This document shows positions 43,858 through 53,311 of a DNA stretch of 64,000 nt, in pieces (the first letter of the stretch is position 1; every line of letters starts with the position of its first letter). This DNA is from a virus (lineage: Duplodnaviria; Caudoviricetes), in the IMG/VR virus record IMGVR_UViG_3300023174_000144, positions 1 through 64,000 of that record; one strand, given 5' to 3'. Position numbers and translations under genes: made by a program. The notes under the pieces were generated by a model. That model was not told the origin of the DNA. It was given only the letters and a program-made list of their open reading frames with translations, and did not search any database.

Positions 43858-44868
43858 ATGATCGAAAACAATTTAAAGATATTATTTTCTGAAATTATAA
43901 AAGGATATTCTAAAAAGAATATCGAAGGTTTCGGGACTTTATTCTTTAAGCACGTTAATAATCAAGATTCTGCTGAGATAGATATATATAATGAGCAATT
44001 CTTCATTAAAGCTAAAAATATGGGTTTGCCTACTGAAAAAGACCAAGAAGAATATTTAATAAAAGAAGGTCTATGGGAAGTCAAAAAAGATAAAAGAATC
44101 AAAGAATTAGAAAATTTTTTAATCAATTTAAAAACAACAAAAAGCAAGCTATTTCTTAAAGCTCAAATTGATCAAATTAATAATGAAATTGAGAAAAACG
44201 AATTAGAATTAAAGACTTTAAAATTCGAAAAGAAAGATCTCATAGGATTTACATCAGAAGATTATACATTTAAAAAGCTTAATGAATATTATATGTATGT
44301 ATCTTTATTTAAGGATGAATCTTTAAAAGAAAAATTCTTTAAAGAATCAGATTACGAAGACCTTGATAATAAAGAAATAATGCTATTAATTAAGAGCTAT
44401 AATGAAGTAAATGGAAGATTTAATGATAGAAATTTAAAAAAGATTAGCCTTGCTGGATATTTCTCTAATTTATTTTACTTGAGTAAAGATGATCCTTACA
44501 TTTTCTATGGAAAACCTCTTGTAGAATTAAGTTTTTATCAAATTGAGCTATTTAGTTATGGTAAATACTTTAAAAATATATTAAGTAATGCTAAAACTAG
44601 ACCACCAGATTATTTAATGACTGATCCAGAAAAGCTTATTGAATGGTACGAAGGTTCTAAAAATGTTGAAGAAGTGCTTAATAAGAATAGCAAAGTGGCT
44701 CAAAAGGATAATGTAGCCACATCTATAATAGGTGCTACATCAGAAGATATTAATAGATTAGGCATTAAAAATGATAATGAAACAGTAGCAATTGATCTTA
44801 ATAAGGAAGCAGCTAAAAAGGGTGGCAAATTAGATATGCAAGATCTTATTAAATTGCATGGATTATAA
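43858..44868 (+). CDS. putative tail assembly chaperone 2
   Basis: Immediately upstream of the TMP. Confidence 0.5.
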   Translation: MIENNLKILFSEIIKGYSKKNIEGFGTLFFKHVNNQDSAEIDIYNEQFFIKAKNMGLPTEKDQEEYLIKEGLWEVKKDKRIKELENFLINLKTTKSKLFLKAQIDQINNEIEKNELELKTLKFEKKDLIGFTSEDYTFKKLNEYYMYVSLFKDESLKEKFFKESDYEDLDNKEIMLLIKSYNEVNGRFNDRNLKKISLAGYFSNLFYLSKDDPYIFYGKPLVELSFYQIELFSYGKYFKNILSNAKTRPPDYLMTDPEKLIEWYEGSKNVEEVLNKNSKVAQKDNVATSIIGATSEDINRLGIKNDNETVAIDLNKEAAKKGGKLDMQDLIKLHGL

Positions 44869-44941
44869 GAGAAAATATATTATATATACTAGCTGAATAT
44901 TTTTCCAATAAATGTGTAATTTATGATAGGAAAAAGGCATT

Positions 44942-47900
44942 ATGGCTGGAAATATAGGAGATCTACAAGTCAATTTATCGGCAAATACATCCCCAATGGA
45001 AAGGGATGTATCGGCCGCTTTAAAGCGATTAGAGAGTAAAGGGTTTAATTTTGGTGCTGGAATTAATGCTAAAGCATTTACTCAGCCATTAGGTAGAATT
45101 ACTGGGGCAGCAAATGAGTTCCAAAAATCACTAGACGCTTCTAATGCTCGTGTTATTGCATTCGGTGCTTCAGCAGGAGCAATATATAGTATACAAAAAG
45201 CTTTTACATCTTTAATTAGTAGCACAATAGAAGTTCAAAAATCACTAACAGATATTAATGTTATTTTAGGAGCTAGTCAAAAAACTCTTGGACAATTTGG
45301 TGATTCATTATTTAAAATCGCGAAAGATAGTGGTCAAGCATTCTCAACTGTTGCTACTGCAGCTGGAGAATTAGCTCGTCAAGGTTTAAGCGTTGAGCAA
45401 ACTTTAAAAAGAACTAGTGATGCATTAGTTCTCGCTCGTCTTTCTGGTTTAGATGCAGCATCAAGTGTAGAAGCTCTTACTGCATCAATTAATTCATTTA
45501 ATACTTCAGCCTTAGATTCAACGCAAATTGTTAATAAGTTAGCGGCTGTTGATTCTGCTTTTGCAGTTAGTAGTGGAGATCTTGCAGAAGCTCTTAAACG
45601 AGTTGGTAGTTCTGCTCAAGATGTTGGAGTTAGTTTTGATGAACTACTTGCAATTGTTGCTAGCGTTAATCAAACTACTGCACGAGGTGGAGCTGTAATT
45701 GGTAACTCATTAAAAACTATTTTCACAAGAGTTCAAAGAACAGAAGTATTAGATCAATTAGAGTCTCTTGGAGTTGCTGTTAGAGATCTCAATGGAAATA
45801 CTGCACCTGCAATTCAAGTATTAACTGGTTTAGCAAGTAAATTTGATGAATTGGGCGCAGCTCAAAAATCTCAAGTAGCAGAATTAGTTGGTGGTGTTTT
45901 CCAGATTAATATTTTGAAAGCTGCTTTAGGAGATTTAAGTAAGCAATATTCTGTATATGGCAACGCACTAAAGATTTCTCAAGGAGCAACGGATGAAGCT
46001 ACTCGAAGAAATGAAGAATTAAATAAAACCTTATCTGCTCTTTTAAATAGAACTGTAGCAAATTTAACAAAAGTTGGAAGTGATATTGGAAGTTTAAGTT
46101 TTGCTCCAGCAATAGAAAAAGTTTTAGGTGGAATTAATACTGCTTTAGAAGCTTTTGATGTTAAAGGAGATTCAATTGGTGGCAAAATTGGAAAAGGAAT
46201 TTTTGAAGGAATTGGCTCTTTTGTATCTGGACCAGGACTTGCGATTTTAATTGGAGTTTTTCTAAAAATATTTGGTAATCTTGCTAAATTTACAACAGAA
46301 GCAGTTAGAACAGTATTAGGATTAAATAAAGAAGCTCAAGCTCAAGCTCAAATTCAAGAACGTATCAACAGTATTCTTTCTCAAAATCCTCAATTAATTC
46401 AAAATATTTTAAACAAACAAGTTTCACTTTTGCAAGTTGAAAAAGATATATTAACTGTAATTCAAGCTCAATCTCAAGCTCGAGCACAATCTACAGCTAT
46501 TGCTGCAAGTTTAACAAGAGGCTTAATTGGCAGAGGAGTCACTTCTGAAAAAGGAGTTATTACAGCTAAAACAAAAAGCCAAGGATTTATTCCTAATTTT
46601 AACGCTAACAAAGAAATGATGGGTGCAATTTCTGGTGGATATATGCCAGGTCAAGTTCGCTCTATGAATATTCCAAATTATGGAAGAGTAACTTATAATG
46701 ATGCAGAAACTGTAAAACAATTTTCTGGATTATCTCAACCTGGAATTATGCCACCAGCTAATAGCGATGCAGGAAAAGCTTATAAAGAAAAATTTCAAAA
46801 TAAATATGGTATTAATCCGTATGCTAGTAGTGGATTCGTTCCTAATTTTGCAGCAGGAATTCGTCCAGAAGTACAACAAAGAATAGATAAAGCTATCGCA
46901 AGTGGGAAATTAACAACATTAACACCAAATAAGACAGGAGTTCTTAGTAATATAAGCCCAGAAGAATCAGCAGCTCTTGAAAGAGCTAAAAAAACGATCT
47001 TAGCTACCAGATCTACTAATAATCCAACTAAAATAACTAAACCTTTTGATGCAACAAGTTTAGGAGTTTTATCTTTAAGAGGCAAAAGCGGTGATCTATC
47101 TACCTCTACTTCGTTAGCTACATTACCAATGTTTTCTGACGCAGTTAAAGCGGACCCATCTATAGGTTTAAATACGGTTCAATTTAATGGCGTGCAAGTT
47201 AGATCTTTGGACGCTTTAGGTAAGCAAAAACCCAACGAGTTTATTCAATTATTAACACAACAACTTTTACCACCTTTAGCTAATGTGGCAACACAGTTTA
47301 TAGGTAGTGCATTAGGAAATCAAGGAGATGGAGTGAATGAAGTACTTGGAAAATTAAAAAATGGCAAAACCTTTTTACCTCCAGGAACTATCGGAGATCT
47401 TTTTGAAACAGTAGTAAAAATTGCTACAAAAAATCCAACAAAATTTTTACAATCTGTAGAGGACGATTTTAGAAGACCTTTTGATTTTGAAGAATCTGGT
47501 GCAGCAAGTGGACAATTTAAGTCAAGATTTGGATTTGAATCCAGCTTAATCAAAGCTGATGCAAAATTAACCTCTGATGCTGGAGCGATTAGATCAATAA
47601 TTAAAAAAGCTTATAATTCTAATCTCGATGGTCTCCCATTTAAAGAATTATTAAATGCTAAAATTCCAAAAACTTCTTCTAAGAAAAACAAATCTCAAGG
47701 TTTCATTCCTAACTTTTCTCCAATAGATAGAGCTTTAAGTACCGAAGGAAAAATGGGAGGAAAAGGAGTATTAGATTTTCAACAAGGTGTTGGTCTTTAC
47801 GTTAGAGATGGTAAAACTCAACCAAACTTTGCAGCAGTAATGAGAGATCATCCAGAAGGAATAGGTAATGCAGTTCAAAATTCCAAAAAGATGCAAAGCA

Positions 47901-50900
47901 TGATGTCTGCAGGATTTATACCTAATTTTGCTGGCTTTGATCCTATGAGTTTATTTTATATTATGCAGAGTATCGGTGGGTCTGGCAGAGCAGCAGGAGC
48001 AGAGTTGGAATTAGAAAAAAGTAAATTAGATGCAATTTTAAAAGATAGAATAGCCGCACAACAATTGCTCAAAGTAGAAGAAGCAAAAGAAATTAAAGAC
48101 CAAGCACAGATTAATTATCTTAAAAATGAACAACAACAATTATTGTCTCAAGAAAATGCACAAAGAGCCACTATGAATAGTCAGATGGGAGTTTTCGCAA
48201 GAGATAAAGGAGGAAAAATATCTGGTGGTTTTGGAGGAGCATTAGGAAGATTTGGATCAAGATATGGAGCAGGACTTGCATTAGCTGCACCATTATTAGC
48301 AGATACAGCTGCTCAATTTATTGGAGATGAAAATACTCGTGGTGGAAGAGCTCTTAAATCTGGAATATCTGGACTTGGCACAACAGCTTCTTATGCTGGA
48401 TTAGGATTTCAAGTTGGTGGAGGTTATGGCGCAGCGATTGGAGGTGGTGCTGGTTTAGCAATCGGAATTTACGATGTATTTAAAAAATTAAATGATATCA
48501 TGCCAGATGTTGCAAGAAGATTAGAAACTGCAACAGAAAAATTTAATAATATTTCAGCTGCAACTCAGACTATGTCTGTTTCATTGGAGACTTTAAGTTC
48601 AATAGAGGGCAGAGCAGATTTAAGTGCTCAAACAAGAGTTCAATTAAGAACCAAAGCAGAAGAAGACTTTGCTAAAAGTATAGCTCAATTAAACCAAGTA
48701 TTACCAGGAGCAGGTAAACAGATCACAGATCTTTATGCAAGAATAGGAGATACCGCAGAGTTGAGACAAAAAATTACACAATTACAAACAGAAGCTCAAA
48801 AAGAATCAAAAGGTCTCGCTGCATCTGCGAATTTATATACTAATAATCAAAAAATGAATGATCTTGTTGATCCAAAACTGTATCAACAAGGAGCTCTTGG
48901 AGCTGGAAAAATGTTACTCCAAAACATGCTACCTGGAAATATAGGAGTCGCTGCTAGCCTTGGTGTGGATTTGGTCAGTAAAGACTACATCAAAGGAGAA
49001 AATAAAAAAGGATTACAGGGTGCCGAAAAAATACAATATGATGAACAAATAAAAAATGGAGCATATCAATTAGATCAACTTTTTGCTAATTTTGGTAAAA
49101 ACGGACCTCTAAGTTCTGAAGAAATAGGGAAACTTCAAGCTGAATTAAAAAATGCAAAAGGACTAGATGGAATTAAAAAAGTAGTAGAAGCGTATACTGC
49201 AAATGGAACATATGCGACAGTCGTTGCAGAAAATTTAAATGCTTTAACTAAATCTGGATTTGCAGATCGTCTCATCCAAGCTTTCCGTGATCTTAAACTA
49301 GAAGCTGAAAGAATTCAAAAGGCTATAGCTGACGAGAATCAAAAACTTATCGGAGGACAAAGAAAGATTGCAGATCTCGAAAGTTATGGTAGAGCTTTTG
49401 GAGGCCAAACTCCAATTAGTGCTCAAGCTTTAGGTAGAATAGATTATAGTTCTCTTGGAGAACAGGCTAATATAGCCAGAGGTCAAGCTTTTGGAGACAG
49501 TGCTAAAAGTCAATTCTCACAATTAATGCAAGAAGTTGGATATAGCGCAGAAAATGTTCAAAAATTTAGTCAATACAATCAAGAAGCCGCAAATATACAA
49601 AAAGATCTAATCAACAAAACGATAACATTATCACAAGCCACAGAAAGATTAAAGAATTTATTTAGCGAAGTTCAATTTGAGAAAAATGCTCCATTTATGT
49701 TTTCTGGAGAAAAAGCAGCTGCACAGCAAAGCATATTAGAAGGAAAATTAAGGCAAGGAAAAATTCAAGAAGGTCTTCGACCTGCAGATTCTTTCTTTAG
49801 TAATCTTGGAGACAATGCTGCAACAACAGCAGATAAAATTAATAAATCTTTTGCTAATCTTGCATCTAATTTACAAACTGGATTTGAAGATGCATTTGGT
49901 GCATTTATTGATGGAACAAAAACTGCAGATCAAGCTTTTCAAGATATGTTATTAAGCATATCTCAGCAAATTATTAAAGAACAATTTAGTATTGGAATGA
50001 GAAGCTTGCTTGGTGGTTTAACTGGTGGCGGTGGATTTGGTGGAACATCAGATAATAGTGGCGGATTACTTGGAGGCGTATTTAATAGTATATTTGGTGG
50101 TGGCAAAGCTCAAGGAGGAATTATTCGTAAATATAGTTCTGGTGGGCATGTGCAAGGAGGAAGCGGAACAAAAGATGATGTTCCTGCAATGCTAACAGAT
50201 GGCGAATATGTTTTAAGAAAAAGTGCTGTTAATAAATATGGCAAAGGCATGTTAGATATGTTAAATAGCGGAGGGATGGTCAGAGGTTATGCTAGTGGCG
50301 GAAGTATATCTATGGGTCTTGCAAATACTTTTGATATTTTTGATCCTCAAGGAAATCTTGTGCAAAATCCTATTGGTCCATATGCTCTTGAAAGAACTAT
50401 ATCTAGTCCAGAACAATTAAAAAATATTCCAGAATACACAGGCAAATATAATATATCTAATTTATTAAGTAGTTATGGAATGACCAGAGAAGATAATCCA
50501 ATGAATGATTTGAGATCTGAAAATGCAAGAACATTTCAAGGATATCAACAAAATGTATCTAGTTTTAAAACTAGCTATAATGAAGCTATGCGTCAAGTAG
50601 AAGAGCAAAGAAAACAAGCTCAACAACAAGCAGATGAAATAAATTCTCAAGCTATGGCTCAATACAATCGAAGTCTCACAAATACTTTTATTGGTGGATT
50701 AGCTAGTGCAGGATTGAGCGCATTTGGAGCTATATCATCTTTACCCAAGGCTCCTTTTGGAACAGGTTTACAAAAATTGTTTGGAGGAGCAGCTTCTGGA
50801 GGATCTTCTGGAGGAAGCGGTGGAACATATTCTTTAAATGGATCAGGTGGTATGATTGCTGATTTCTTAGGAAAAATTGGAGGTACTGCACTTGGGGGCT

Positions 50901-53311
50901 TTGGTGGAGGTGGAGGTAGTAGTTTTCAGCCTGGAGAACAATTTAATGATCCAAGATATCAAGAACAAATATCAAAACAAATTGAAAGCGCAATACAAAA
51001 ACAAACATTCGATAGAGCTGCTATGGGAATTACCAGTCCATATCAATCGTATGGGGGCATGGGAGGATATGGCGGTTTTGATGGAAGTCAAATTCCATAT
51101 TATGGGGCTGGATCAGGAATAAATGTAGGATTAGGTGCGCCAGCTGGATTATCAACATTTACTCAAAATAAAAGCTATCTAGAGCAATATCTCACACGAC
51201 CAGCTATGCTTGTACCACCAACAGGATTAGTTACAAAACCTAATTTAATGATTTCTGGATTAGAAGGTTATGGCTATGGACAAGGAAGCACATATGGTGG
51301 ATATGCAAAAGGCGGAATTGTTAAAGGATATGCTGATGGTGGAGAAGTTAACAAATTTGTTAAAACATATTATCCATACGCAGTTCAAGCTGCTCAAAGA
51401 TTAGGCACATCTCCAGAAGCTATATTAGCTCAACTTGCATTTGAAAGTAATTATGGAAAATCTGAATTGTCTCAAAAATCATTTAACTTAGGTGGTATTC
51501 AAGCTCAAAAAGGTTATCAAGGACAAACAATATCAATGCCAGCGAATGCAGACGAAAGAGCTAGAGGAGATTTTGCTCCAAAATCATATAGAAGTTATAA
51601 TAATACAGAAGAATTTTTTAATGACTATGTGGGATTTTTATCTAAAGATAGATATTCTAAAACAATTGGAGTTGCTGATCCTGCACAAAGAGCTCAACTT
51701 TTATATGAAGCAGAATATGCTGGAGAATATCCAGGATATTCAAAACAAATTGCAAGCGTTGCAGGAAAAATAAAATCTTTTTTACCTAATAATATAGCTG
51801 GTACAAATAATTCTGTTATAGCTGGTGGTGGATTACCATCTAGTGATCTTGTTAAAAAACCTTTAAATGAAGCATTTTATGCAGGATATGATGAATACAT
51901 GAAAAACATGCTTTTACCAAAAGCAACCGCTATAGCAGAAACAAATGCTGTTACAAATGCTGTTACAAATAGTCAAGCGAAAAGTGCTAATTCTCCTGTA
52001 GGAAATTTGCGTGGAACAACACAAAATTTAGCTCAAAAGGCTTATTCTATGATATTTGATCCATTAGGTAAAGGTAAAAATGCATTACCTAGTATTTTTA
52101 GAGATGCAAATGGTATACCTACCATTGGAGCTCAATCTAATGCAAAAGCCGTCGGTCAACAATCCGTGAGTCAACAATCCGTGAGTCAACAAACCTCTAG
52201 TCAACAATATCCATGGGAAAATCCAAATCAATATCCATGGGAAAATCCAAATGCACCATCGTATGATCCATCGTTTCCAATCAAAATGTTTCTTGATAAA
52301 ATGAAGTCTGAGTCTCCTAGCCTTTATCAAAGTGTTGGAAATTTATATGAGCAAGTTGGATTAGCAAGAAAAAATCCTCAAATTCCATCTTATTTAAATA
52401 GATACTCATCATTTTATGGTTCAGGAAAAGATTATTATAACCCAGGAGGAATGTCAGGTTTTAATAATTACATGAATTACTTAGGTCTTGGATCAGGAAC
52501 TTCATTAAGTTCATTATCTTCATTCCAATTCCCAATGACTCCTACAACTTTAAGTCCATATGCATTTTCAAGTTCTCCTTTTGGTGGTGGAGCAATAAGC
52601 TATGGAGCAGGAATTGCTTCTGCGCCTTCTACATATTTTTCAGCAGGAAGCAGGTTAGGAGCTACTCCAAGCTGGGCTAGCCGAGCAACTGGAGGAATGA
52701 TTTATGGTGGAACTTCAGTAAAAGATGATGTACCAGCTATGCTTATGGGTGGAGAATATGTTGTAAGAAAAGATGCTGTAGATCGTTTTGGGCAACCATT
52801 TTTCGATAGATTAAATAGAGGACAAGTTACTGGATTTGCAGAAGGCGGACCAGTTGGAACTAATTTGCCATCTTTAACTCAAAATTTAGGGCAAAACAAT
52901 GGTCAGAAACAAGATAGTCAAACTCAAATGACAGATGCTTTGACTAAATTATTAAAATCTTTAGAGCAATTAAACCGATCAGTAGAAGACCAAACAAAAG
53001 AAATTCAAGACCAAAATCAAACAAGTGATAATGGAAATACTACATCATCATCATCAGATGGAATAACCAATAACATTAATATAAATGTTAGCGTTGGTCA
53101 AGATGGTCAAGAAGGCAAGTCTTCTACAGATTCTAATTCAGAAGATAATGGAAAAGGTGGAAATGATCAAGAAAAACTCAAAAAGACATTAGAAAAATCA
53201 AGAATGTTTGCAGAATTATTAAGACAACAAGTATTAAAAACTATAGTAGAAGAACAACGACCAGGAGGAGTATTGTATCAAGGCAGTAAAGGTCGTGATA
53301 TGGGAAGATAA
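44942..53311 (+). CDS. tape measure protein with cargo domains including a GH73/FlgJ-like glucosaminidase
   Basis: TP901-type TMP core (ELARQGL..ARLSGLD..KLAAVDSAFAVSSGDLAEALKR..TARGGAVIGNSLKTIF); GH73-like AILAQLAFESNYG...FNLGGI...YRSY at ~51350-51790. Confidence 0.92.
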   Translation: MAGNIGDLQVNLSANTSPMERDVSAALKRLESKGFNFGAGINAKAFTQPLGRITGAANEFQKSLDASNARVIAFGASAGAIYSIQKAFTSLISSTIEVQKSLTDINVILGASQKTLGQFGDSLFKIAKDSGQAFSTVATAAGELARQGLSVEQTLKRTSDALVLARLSGLDAASSVEALTASINSFNTSALDSTQIVNKLAAVDSAFAVSSGDLAEALKRVGSSAQDVGVSFDELLAIVASVNQTTARGGAVIGNSLKTIFTRVQRTEVLDQLESLGVAVRDLNGNTAPAIQVLTGLASKFDELGAAQKSQVAELVGGVFQINILKAALGDLSKQYSVYGNALKISQGATDEATRRNEELNKTLSALLNRTVANLTKVGSDIGSLSFAPAIEKVLGGINTALEAFDVKGDSIGGKIGKGIFEGIGSFVSGPGLAILIGVFLKIFGNLAKFTTEAVRTVLGLNKEAQAQAQIQERINSILSQNPQLIQNILNKQVSLLQVEKDILTVIQAQSQARAQSTAIAASLTRGLIGRGVTSEKGVITAKTKSQGFIPNFNANKEMMGAISGGYMPGQVRSMNIPNYGRVTYNDAETVKQFSGLSQPGIMPPANSDAGKAYKEKFQNKYGINPYASSGFVPNFAAGIRPEVQQRIDKAIASGKLTTLTPNKTGVLSNISPEESAALERAKKTILATRSTNNPTKITKPFDATSLGVLSLRGKSGDLSTSTSLATLPMFSDAVKADPSIGLNTVQFNGVQVRSLDALGKQKPNEFIQLLTQQLLPPLANVATQFIGSALGNQGDGVNEVLGKLKNGKTFLPPGTIGDLFETVVKIATKNPTKFLQSVEDDFRRPFDFEESGAASGQFKSRFGFESSLIKADAKLTSDAGAIRSIIKKAYNSNLDGLPFKELLNAKIPKTSSKKNKSQGFIPNFSPIDRALSTEGKMGGKGVLDFQQGVGLYVRDGKTQPNFAAVMRDHPEGIGNAVQNSKKMQSMMSAGFIPNFAGFDPMSLFYIMQSIGGSGRAAGAELELEKSKLDAILKDRIAAQQLLKVEEAKEIKDQAQINYLKNEQQQLLSQENAQRATMNSQMGVFARDKGGKISGGFGGALGRFGSRYGAGLALAAPLLADTAAQFIGDENTRGGRALKSGISGLGTTASYAGLGFQVGGGYGAAIGGGAGLAIGIYDVFKKLNDIMPDVARRLETATEKFNNISAATQTMSVSLETLSSIEGRADLSAQTRVQLRTKAEEDFAKSIAQLNQVLPGAGKQITDLYARIGDTAELRQKITQLQTEAQKESKGLAASANLYTNNQKMNDLVDPKLYQQGALGAGKMLLQNMLPGNIGVAASLGVDLVSKDYIKGENKKGLQGAEKIQYDEQIKNGAYQLDQLFANFGKNGPLSSEEIGKLQAELKNAKGLDGIKKVVEAYTANGTYATVVAENLNALTKSGFADRLIQAFRDLKLEAERIQKAIADENQKLIGGQRKIADLESYGRAFGGQTPISAQALGRIDYSSLGEQANIARGQAFGDSAKSQFSQLMQEVGYSAENVQKFSQYNQEAANIQKDLINKTITLSQATERLKNLFSEVQFEKNAPFMFSGEKAAAQQSILEGKLRQGKIQEGLRPADSFFSNLGDNAATTADKINKSFANLASNLQTGFEDAFGAFIDGTKTADQAFQDMLLSISQQIIKEQFSIGMRSLLGGLTGGGGFGGTSDNSGGLLGGVFNSIFGGGKAQGGIIRKYSSGGHVQGGSGTKDDVPAMLTDGEYVLRKSAVNKYGKGMLDMLNSGGMVRGYASGGSISMGLANTFDIFDPQGNLVQNPIGPYALERTISSPEQLKNIPEYTGKYNISNLLSSYGMTREDNPMNDLRSENARTFQGYQQNVSSFKTSYNEAMRQVEEQRKQAQQQADEINSQAMAQYNRSLTNTFIGGLASAGLSAFGAISSLPKAPFGTGLQKLFGGAASGGSSGGSGGTYSLNGSGGMIADFLGKIGGTALGGFGGGGGSSFQPGEQFNDPRYQEQISKQIESAIQKQTFDRAAMGITSPYQSYGGMGGYGGFDGSQIPYYGAGSGINVGLGAPAGLSTFTQNKSYLEQYLTRPAMLVPPTGLVTKPNLMISGLEGYGYGQGSTYGGYAKGGIVKGYADGGEVNKFVKTYYPYAVQAAQRLGTSPEAILAQLAFESNYGKSELSQKSFNLGGIQAQKGYQGQTISMPANADERARGDFAPKSYRSYNNTEEFFNDYVGFLSKDRYSKTIGVADPAQRAQLLYEAEYAGEYPGYSKQIASVAGKIKSFLPNNIAGTNNSVIAGGGLPSSDLVKKPLNEAFYAGYDEYMKNMLLPKATAIAETNAVTNAVTNSQAKSANSPVGNLRGTTQNLAQKAYSMIFDPLGKGKNALPSIFRDANGIPTIGAQSNAKAVGQQSVSQQSVSQQTSSQQYPWENPNQYPWENPNAPSYDPSFPIKMFLDKMKSESPSLYQSVGNLYEQVGLARKNPQIPSYLNRYSSFYGSGKDYYNPGGMSGFNNYMNYLGLGSGTSLSSLSSFQFPMTPTTLSPYAFSSSPFGGGAISYGAGIASAPSTYFSAGSRLGATPSWASRATGGMIYGGTSVKDDVPAMLMGGEYVVRKDAVDRFGQPFFDRLNRGQVTGFAEGGPVGTNLPSLTQNLGQNNGQKQDSQTQMTDALTKLLKSLEQLNRSVEDQTKEIQDQNQTSDNGNTTSSSSDGITNNININVSVGQDGQEGKSSTDSNSEDNGKGGNDQEKLKKTLEKSRMFAELLRQQVLKTIVEEQRPGGVLYQGSKGRDMGR

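Larger units (their letters stand above)
22612..44919 (+). promoter_or_regulatory. class of putative late promoters, GTGTAA(T)
   Basis: Intergenic GTGTAA at 22612, 24021, 25353, 28045, 28891, 33482, 35310, 35985, 36014, 38873, 41340, 42529, 44914; also 8500, 11947 and 15296 (minus). Confidence 0.7.

Noticed and set aside
43820-43870. Programmed -1 frameshift between the tail chaperone genes
   Set aside because: No XXXYYYZ heptamer before the stop; tandem TGA TGA then a separate ATG
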